This document shows, piece after piece, positions 57,614 to 64,000 of a stretch of 64,000 nucleotides of DNA. Position numbers and translations under genes: made by a program. Source of the stretch: a virus. Taxonomy: Duplodnaviria; Caudoviricetes. The first letter of the stretch is position 1. The number at the start of each line of letters is the position of its first letter. The notes under the pieces were generated by a model that was not told where the DNA came from, did no database searches, and saw only the letters and a list, made by a program, of their open reading frames with translations. The stretch is taken from the IMG/VR virus record IMGVR_UViG_3300028591_000083, positions 143,350 through 207,349 of that record; one strand, 5' to 3'.

Positions 57614-59800
57614 TTAAATCACTCCCGATGTATTTCTAATATCTTCTGGCTTTATTTTCTTCTCAATATATTCAGGATCAACAATGATACATGGATGATC
57701 TGCATTTATTGTTTTTGCAGCATCAAACCGCATAATACTTTGAACATTGAAGTATGCTTCTGTTCTAAAATAACCACTTGATTCAGAGGTGCTTGACGGA
57801 GTTTCAAAATTAACAAGTTTCTTACTTCCCATACCGGCATCAAAATATCTAATTCTATCATCACAGCTTGTGATAATATCAATCAGCTCCATGTAATCAA
57901 TCTTTTTTCCGATGATAACATTATCAGGTCTGTAAAGTTCTGCAACAGTATTTACAATATTACTGATTACATTTTCAGCTTCTTCTTCGCTTACTTGTTT
58001 ATTCAGATGAACTGTTCCATTCAGCGTCCAGTCAAATACACGAACAATACCATAATTCGGTTGAACATTGGCAATATGAGATTCATCGAATCCAACATTT
58101 TCAATTTGAGTTTGAATTTTGTAGCTATTTGAATCATCTTTTGTATTTATTTTATATATCTTATATGGAAATTTCTTTTCATCTATTTGATTTGTAAACA
58201 CTGCGAAAGTTCCGTCTTCATCACTTGTAGCAAAATTACTTACTATTGGACAGAAGTTTGCATGATATGGGACAAATTCTTTTGGTGTATCTTTATCAGT
58301 TGCATTGTCAATATCATCTTTTGTTACAGGACAATCCATGAAATTATAATTCAAAGCGTTTATCTGATATAGATAATCTCTCAAATTCATGTCGCTTTCT
58401 GTTGAATAAGATTCTCCAAGAATATTTATCAACTGATCTCTTGTATACGTGTTACATAATTTTTGTAAGTCTGAGTTTACATCTCTAACTGTTTTCTTAT
58501 CATACACATATGCATTTGAAATTCCATCAAGTCGCTTTAAGAATCTCGTGAAGTCATAAGGAGTTACAAGTGTATTATACGTCATTACATAATTCAATGA
58601 ATCCTTATATGCTTCTGCGGCTGTTTGAGGATTTGCACCGGGAGAACAAATAGTATGTCCTGATTTATCAATGTGATAATCTGTGTTTTCAATATTAGAT
58701 ACAATGATGTTGTTTGAACGAATTGATTGCACTTCCTTCAAATAATCAGTTGTAATATTTCCATTCGCGCCAAGAGTTGTGAAATAATACAGCGTAAATG
58801 TAACTGAATCTTGACCGATACTGCTTTTCCAATAACTTGAAAGCTCTATATACGGATAATCGTAATCGTCTACTCTAAACTGGAAGTGTAATTTTCCGTC
58901 AGATTCAGTAAGAAGATTGTCAACCTTTTTAACGAATACTAATTTATTATCTACAACAGAACGATAACTGAGATAAATATGATCCTCGTCAATATTCATA
59001 TCTGGAATGTAGAAACAATTATCTCTTAGAACTCTTGTTTCAAATTGAGTTTTTCTAAGTTGACCTTGTAATGCTTTCAGTTTCAGAGGAACGTAAGCAT
59101 ATAGTTTTTCAGTAACATTGTCAACACTTGGTTCTGTCGTTGGTTCCAATGAATAAACTGGGTCTGAATATGTAGAAGAATAAACTCCTAATTCAAGACT
59201 CGGATTTCCAAGATATCTATTTAGATCAAAACTATTATTTTGCTGCCAAGCTACATATGTTGCGGATGCTCTTCCTGCAAATAGTTCAACGAACATTTCT
59301 CCATTGCGTCCAACAATATCATCACGCTCTGTGCTTGTTGGTGGGAAATATTCAACATCGGCATATATTGGATTGTCGTGTTCATCATAGTCAACAATAA
59401 AATAAGCATCTCTATATTCATTAGCAATCGTTGTTGCTTGTTCTGGATTATCATAAACTCGTTTACAGTAACTTGTTAATTCATCTACTGGCGGCGTATA
59501 TGTAAGCGTCAGAGTTGTTATAGCAGAACGATACCAATGCATTTTATAGGCTAGAAACTCAAATAATCTAGCAGCATTCTTTCTTTGTGTAACAGTTGGA
59601 GAATAGTATTCAAGTGCTTGCTTATCAAAATTGAACGAAAGCATATCTCCAAGAGCTGACATAAGTTTAACAAGAACAATACCGGGGTCGCCATCTTCTC
59701 TACTTGTCCATGTTGAAGTAAGCGTTGGAATTGCATCAATCAAATCTTCCTTTATTGATTTATAATCTCTGCCGGTATATCTTAAAATATTATTTGGCAT
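57614..59800 (-). CDS. Baseplate wedge protein (T4 gp6 / gpJ-like)
   Basis: YTGRDYKSIKEDL, WT...DPG, T.GANGNI, LVTPYDF; start MPNN. Confidence 0.8.
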   Translation of the reverse strand: MPNNILRYTGRDYKSIKEDLIDAIPTLTSTWTSREDGDPGIVLVKLMSALGDMLSFNFDKQALEYYSPTVTQRKNAARLFEFLAYKMHWYRSAITTLTLTYTPPVDELTSYCKRVYDNPEQATTIANEYRDAYFIVDYDEHDNPIYADVEYFPPTSTERDDIVGRNGEMFVELFAGRASATYVAWQQNNSFDLNRYLGNPSLELGVYSSTYSDPVYSLEPTTEPSVDNVTEKLYAYVPLKLKALQGQLRKTQFETRVLRDNCFYIPDMNIDEDHIYLSYRSVVDNKLVFVKKVDNLLTESDGKLHFQFRVDDYDYPYIELSSYWKSSIGQDSVTFTLYYFTTLGANGNITTDYLKEVQSIRSNNIIVSNIENTDYHIDKSGHTICSPGANPQTAAEAYKDSLNYVMTYNTLVTPYDFTRFLKRLDGISNAYVYDKKTVRDVNSDLQKLCNTYTRDQLINILGESYSTESDMNLRDYLYQINALNYNFMDCPVTKDDIDNATDKDTPKEFVPYHANFCPIVSNFATSDEDGTFAVFTNQIDEKKFPYKIYKINTKDDSNSYKIQTQIENVGFDESHIANVQPNYGIVRVFDWTLNGTVHLNKQVSEEEAENVISNIVNTVAELYRPDNVIIGKKIDYMELIDIITSCDDRIRYFDAGMGSKKLVNFETPSSTSESSGYFRTEAYFNVQSIMRFDAAKTINADHPCIIVDPEYIEKKIKPEDIRNTSGVI

Positions 59801-60194
59801 AAAATTCTCCCTCCTCCAAATGAACCGTAGTTTCTTCATTACGGTTTGTTCGTGTTATTGTATAGTGGATTGTTATATCATAAGCATTTCTTAATCCACT
59901 TGTACTTTCTTTTATTTCTACATCATCTTCTGTAATTGTTACACGTTTTTCAAATCTGGTTATAGCTTCAACTATTTCGGCTTTTATCGCTGCTTCTAGT
60001 GTTGCTGAATATTGTTCAAATAACATTTCATACAGCCTTGAACCAAAATCAGGATCTCCCAAAAGCTCACATTTTGCAGAAGTAAGAATCAATGCAATAC
60101 ATCTATTTATTGATGTAGTTGTATCATCTATATCCGTGCTTCCGCTTATCAAATCAAATGTCTGAGGGTATTTAATTGATTTTGTAAATATCAT
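59790..60194 (-). CDS. gp25-like baseplate/sheath initiator
   Basis: ELLGDPDFGSRL, AITRFEKRV. Confidence 0.85.
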   Translation of the reverse strand: MIFTKSIKYPQTFDLISGSTDIDDTTTSINRCIALILTSAKCELLGDPDFGSRLYEMLFEQYSATLEAAIKAEIVEAITRFEKRVTITEDDVEIKESTSGLRNAYDITIHYTITRTNRNEETTVHLEEGEFYAK

Positions 60195-60208
60195 TCAGGA
60201 TAACCCCC

Positions 60209-60559
60209 TTATAAACTTTCTGTACTTTGATGTGAGAACATATCTTCTTCATCTGTATATTCATATCCAAGCCAACCTAAAATAACTGGTTGATCTGATG
60301 CTCCATTGAAAAATCCAATAAGAACTACTTGATTTATTTCAGGTAATGTAGTATCTCCAAAAGGATATGAAACTTCTGCCCACGGCAAATATGTATCCTC
60401 TACCCAATACTTTTTCTTTGCTTGTTCACTTGGATAGATATCAGGATTTACAGGTCCGTGTAATTCAGGGATTCTTACACGAACTCTATTAAATCCGGCA
60501 GGATCTTCAGTGCTCACAACGATTCCTTTGCAGAAACCTGACATTTTATATAATCCCAT
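60209..60559 (-). CDS. Baseplate spike OB-fold (gp5/VgrG N-terminal-like)
   Basis: GIVVSTEDP...RVRVRIP, LPWA, VLIGFFNG...PVILG. Confidence 0.8.
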   Translation of the reverse strand: MGLYKMSGFCKGIVVSTEDPAGFNRVRVRIPELHGPVNPDIYPSEQAKKKYWVEDTYLPWAEVSYPFGDTTLPEINQVVLIGFFNGASDQPVILGWLGYEYTDEEDMFSHQSTESL

Positions 60560-60573
60560 ATTTTAATCCTCCA

Positions 60574-62013
60574 TTATGAAGAATAATCATATTGAGTTGC
60601 ATTCTGATTTTCAACTGCTTTTCCATGGACAGAATAATAACTGGACATTGTTGAATTAGATGTTTCAGTAAGTTTGAACATAGTGAATGACGTTGTAAAA
60701 CCAGACTCAGATAAATTATCTTCAATATCAGTTATTACATACATTCCGGTCAATGCAGGATGTGGCATTCCGTTTACATGAATATTTACTTGAACTCTAT
60801 CCATTAGTTTATTGCAGTCTGTCTGTCCTAAAACTTCCATTGTTGCATTTATAGGGAAATTGAATAATGTAGATAGTGTTGAACTTGTCAAAAATGCATT
60901 TGTATCAAATCCTGACGGAGTATTAAAAATGTTAGTATTGAATGTAGGAAGTTTTGTTGTTGATAAAGTTGAACCAATATTCTGTCCTCCGGCATCAATG
61001 GAAGATCGTGTATTACCTAATGAACCTGCATTTCCTAAAGCCGCAGTCCAATCGGCATCAACATGAAATCCTAAAACATCACTATCAATAAAATCATTAC
61101 CAAAGTTATATGTAAATATTGAACCTGTTTGATTTCCTGTTTCTGGAACATAATAAAATGTTCCTGCTTTTCCGCCAGTTGAAACATTGTCAAAGAATGA
61201 CATAAATCTTTGTTTTGGCGGAGCAAATGCAGCAGCTTGTCCAGATAAACCATGATTTACAAGTGTTTGCCAAGCATTGTATTGACTGGATGACATAATA
61301 CCAGATTGATATGCTTCTACTACACTGATTGATTTAATTCCATAATTTACAATTCCACCAACGTATGAAGAACCGTCTGTATTATTCTTTCCGAATATAA
61401 CATCATGAATGGTGCAGTTTTCCTGCGGAACAGATTGAAATGACATCACATCAATCTGCTCATCAGACTCATCAATCTGAGTATTGTAATTTGTGAAGAA
61501 GTTTTTTATTGTATCATCATCAAATCCATTTCCAGATATCATATCCTTTAATATAGCACTTGGTTGTTTCTTTCCTTTATTTTTGATTAGATTTGATATA
61601 TAATCGTGTACTTTTGCTTCTGGTGAGGTACATTCAATCGCTTGTGCAATACCTGTTATAGTGTATTGTAAATATCCATCATTTATTGTTTCTACATATT
61701 TTGTAAATATTCCTACATATTCTTGATTTTGCCATTTAGGACTTCCACCGGGAACAGAATAACCATACCTATAAAGCACTCTTTGATTTGCATTACTTAA
61801 TAGTAATTGATGCATCAGTATTGCTTCTGATTCTCCGAAGTTTCCGGGCGGATATGTGAGAGTTAAAGAAAACGAACACGCTTTCTTAACACTTCTTTTT
61901 TGACTGAAACTGAGAAAATATCTAGGAGTTGGATATGTGTCAATGTAATTTCCATCTGCAAATTGAAAATGAATTATTGGCGTGACAACACCGTTATTCA
62001 ATATACTATTCAC
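60574..62013 (-). CDS. Baseplate hub-like protein
   Basis: Position; YGY motif; LTGMYVITDIEDNLSESGFTT. Confidence 0.6.
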   Translation of the reverse strand: MNSILNNGVVTPIIHFQFADGNYIDTYPTPRYFLSFSQKRSVKKACSFSLTLTYPPGNFGESEAILMHQLLLSNANQRVLYRYGYSVPGGSPKWQNQEYVGIFTKYVETINDGYLQYTITGIAQAIECTSPEAKVHDYISNLIKNKGKKQPSAILKDMISGNGFDDDTIKNFFTNYNTQIDESDEQIDVMSFQSVPQENCTIHDVIFGKNNTDGSSYVGGIVNYGIKSISVVEAYQSGIMSSSQYNAWQTLVNHGLSGQAAAFAPPKQRFMSFFDNVSTGGKAGTFYYVPETGNQTGSIFTYNFGNDFIDSDVLGFHVDADWTAALGNAGSLGNTRSSIDAGGQNIGSTLSTTKLPTFNTNIFNTPSGFDTNAFLTSSTLSTLFNFPINATMEVLGQTDCNKLMDRVQVNIHVNGMPHPALTGMYVITDIEDNLSESGFTTSFTMFKLTETSNSTMSSYYSVHGKAVENQNATQYDYSS

Positions 62014-62038
62014 AACATATCAACTCCATTCAATAATA

Positions 62039-62383
62039 TTAAACTCTCTGACATAATGGTGCTTTCCACTGCATCAAAGAATTAAAATTAGGTATTCTTA
62101 TCACTTCACCCGGCGTTATAATAAAAGGATCAATGATATTATTTGCCATAGCAATCATCCAAAAGAAATCTGGATTTCCATAATATTTATTTGCTATGAT
62201 ATCAAGTCTGTTTTCTTCCTCTTTCAATATTTCATGATAGAAGTCTTTATCTGTTTCAGGTATCGGCGTAACATTTGATGTTTCTGTATATAGCTCTTGT
62301 TCATCATCCAATATTTGACGATAAATACTGTATCGTGAAATATGATTATATTGTCTTGGAACTGTATATGTCATATTTATCAC
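62039..62383 (-). CDS. LysM-like baseplate wedge protein (gp53 / tail X-like)
   Basis: RLDIIANKYYGNPDFFWMIAMANNI.DP...G..IRIP. Confidence 0.8.
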   Translation of the reverse strand: MINMTYTVPRQYNHISRYSIYRQILDDEQELYTETSNVTPIPETDKDFYHEILKEEENRLDIIANKYYGNPDFFWMIAMANNIIDPFIITPGEVIRIPNFNSLMQWKAPLCQRV

Positions 62384-63126
62384 CTACCACATCTAGCGGC
62401 AACAGCAGGAGCCATTTTAGGGCTTCCTGTGCATTCTGAAACTGAAAAATCAAGAGTAACAATCTGATATTGATTATCAATTATTGTATCAGACCAGTTT
62501 GTTGATACATTTTCAACTATACCGGTTATTGCACAGTTGTTGCCTATAACTAAAGTTGTTTTTGGGATGATTGGATATCCGCCGATTGGATATGTTGCGC
62601 TCTGAACAAGTCCTACTATGGCACCAATATCAGATGATCTTGTCATTTCTCTGTGCATTCTAAATGATACACTGACTGTTCTTGGTCCTGAGTTTTGATA
62701 AATTCTAAACGGTTCTGATCTTCCAAGAGGTGTAAGAGAACCAACACTTGCTGTATGTGAATCTGAATAGCTTTCTGGAAAACAAGGAAAACTTGCGGCA
62801 CCAACACCTTGAACAGATATAGAACAACATCCTTGTGATGCAAAACCAACAGAGCTTACAATAGGTGTTATTAAAACTTGTCTTTTCTCTGATTTTCTTT
62901 CAACACCATAATACATTCTATTATAATCTTCAAATTGTTCTCCGCCTGAAAATATCTGAGGAACTAGAATCACACCTTCTGTGAACTGAAGCATCTCAGA
63001 TAAAGAATTTGGATACGGAGGAAGAACATTATTGATTCTCATTAGTGTATCTACTGAAATATTGCATCTTTTTGTAATATCTTCAATAGTTTCACTATCT
63101 GAAAAATTATAGCCCACGTATGCCAT
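62380..63126 (-). CDS. LysM-containing tail tube initiator
   Basis: ETIEDITKRCNISVDTLMRIN; LGRSEP...Y.NSGPR. Confidence 0.7.
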   Translation of the reverse strand: MAYVGYNFSDSETIEDITKRCNISVDTLMRINNVLPPYPNSLSEMLQFTEGVILVPQIFSGGEQFEDYNRMYYGVERKSEKRQVLITPIVSSVGFASQGCCSISVQGVGAASFPCFPESYSDSHTASVGSLTPLGRSEPFRIYQNSGPRTVSVSFRMHREMTRSSDIGAIVGLVQSATYPIGGYPIIPKTTLVIGNNCAITGIVENVSTNWSDTIIDNQYQIVTLDFSVSECTGSPKMAPAVAARCGR

Positions 63127-63961
63127 TCTTATCTTCACCTACTTCCCTAAGTAGTGAGGCTTCTGTATAGATATCAAAATACCCTGTAACAAACATAGGA
63201 ACATTTGACAACGGATTTACTAATTTTTTCTGATATTGTATAAGTGCTTGTGTCATGTCATAGAATGTTCCTTCATTTCCTTTCAAACACCAAACACCTT
63301 TTGTCTCTCGCGGTATTTCTTGATCTTTATATATCAGTTGTTGTGCATAATAGATATCTTCCATACTTGAATTAGGTGTTATTGTTCTACCGAATAAAAA
63401 GGAAAGAACGAAATCATCTAATTCACAGATATCTTTTTCTATGTCCCATGTGGAAAGATTGAAAATTGTCTTATCATTCACGCTGTATTCTATTTCATTA
63501 TATTTTGTAAACATCGGCAAATCGTTCATTACCATGTATGTGTTTTTTGTGTTTTCATTTGGAACATATTTACCGGTTGAAGTATCATAGTGAACGCTCA
63601 TGTATTTATTATAAATCATATCATAGATTGTTGTTTTGTTTTCATCGTCATGATCGAAAACCAATCTTTTTCCCGTATTGCTGCACAAGAAATAATTAGA
63701 GATTGAAATACAATCATAAATACTTCTAACCTCTATATTGCTTCCATTTTCATAGTGTTCTTTATAAGCTAATTTTGTGGATTCATCAAGTATTGGATAT
63801 TTAGAATCAAGATATTTTGCAATAAAGTGTGCAAAACCATAATTCATTTCAAATGTTTTATAATACTCTCCTGTGATATGAATTGTTCCATTATACGTTT
63901 CCTTCAAACATTGTTGAAGGTATCTTATTACTAGGTTTTTATCTTCAAAATTTGCTTTCAT
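63107..63961 (-). CDS. Hypothetical tail-module protein with peptidoglycan-binding-like motifs
   Basis: IRYLQQCL...ITG; AL..YQ...VTGYFD..TE. Confidence 0.5.
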   Translation of the reverse strand: MKANFEDKNLVIRYLQQCLKETYNGTIHITGEYYKTFEMNYGFAHFIAKYLDSKYPILDESTKLAYKEHYENGSNIEVRSIYDCISISNYFLCSNTGKRLVFDHDDENKTTIYDMIYNKYMSVHYDTSTGKYVPNENTKNTYMVMNDLPMFTKYNEIEYSVNDKTIFNLSTWDIEKDICELDDFVLSFLFGRTITPNSSMEDIYYAQQLIYKDQEIPRETKGVWCLKGNEGTFYDMTQALIQYQKKLVNPLSNVPMFVTGYFDIYTEASLLREVGEDKNGIRGL

Positions 63962-64000
63962 AACAAGATACCTCCAATCTTATCTATATGATGTAGTTAC

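Noticed and set aside
25795-63995. ATCATAT(A/G) as a late-promoter motif (near 25800, 28606, 63987)
   Set aside because: Too short and AT-rich, with no consistent second element; needs TSS data.
1-64000. Stop-codon reassignment (TAG or TGA) as in some gut phages
   Set aside because: Long conserved genes are intact under code 11, many genes end in coupled TGA, and there is no suppressor tRNA (the Gln tRNA is UUG). The TAG-ATG junction at 26006-26011 has its own RBS.

Overview
64 kb of a large, AT-rich (roughly one-third GC) contractile-tailed phage genome. The host is most likely a Firmicute, judging from GGAGG Shine-Dalgarno sites and at least 13 near-consensus sigmaA promoters (TTGACA-17-TATACT/TATAAT with extended TG). 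Essentially all real genes are on the minus strand. In transcription order (right to left) the window holds: (1) a myovirus baseplate/tail module ending in a 1489-aa fibre with BspA-type LRRs; (2) an AT-rich gap; (3) a replication/recombination module (DUF932, SNF2 helicase, initiator, DnaC-like loader, DnaB, primase, gp32-like SSB, Leu762 PolA, beta clamp, Cas4-like nuclease, RecU, RecA, intein-containing UvrD); (4) tRNA clusters; (5) a complete bacterial-type clamp loader (intein-containing DnaX, HolB, HolA); (6) putative sigma/Mor/HU regulators, PhoH, a Clp ATPase and a deaminase; (7) small early genes; (8) an LRR adhesin cassette; (9) an MTase-Mom-MTase DNA-modification operon. The most unusual content is non-coding and is missed by the ORF track. 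It includes a 152-nt tRNA-shaped RNA with an 82-nt variable arm, a linker-less 74-nt tRNA mimic ending in CCA, a class II tRNA-Ile(UAU), and structured spacer RNAs between tRNAs. An attenuator-like leader of the initiator operon has a 9-nt long-range pairing. Several of these RNAs carry exact complements to ribosome-binding/start regions of the phage's own genes. A DUF29-like family is dispersed in four intact copies plus a fifth decayed remnant. All family assignments are from motif recognition by eye; no searches were run.
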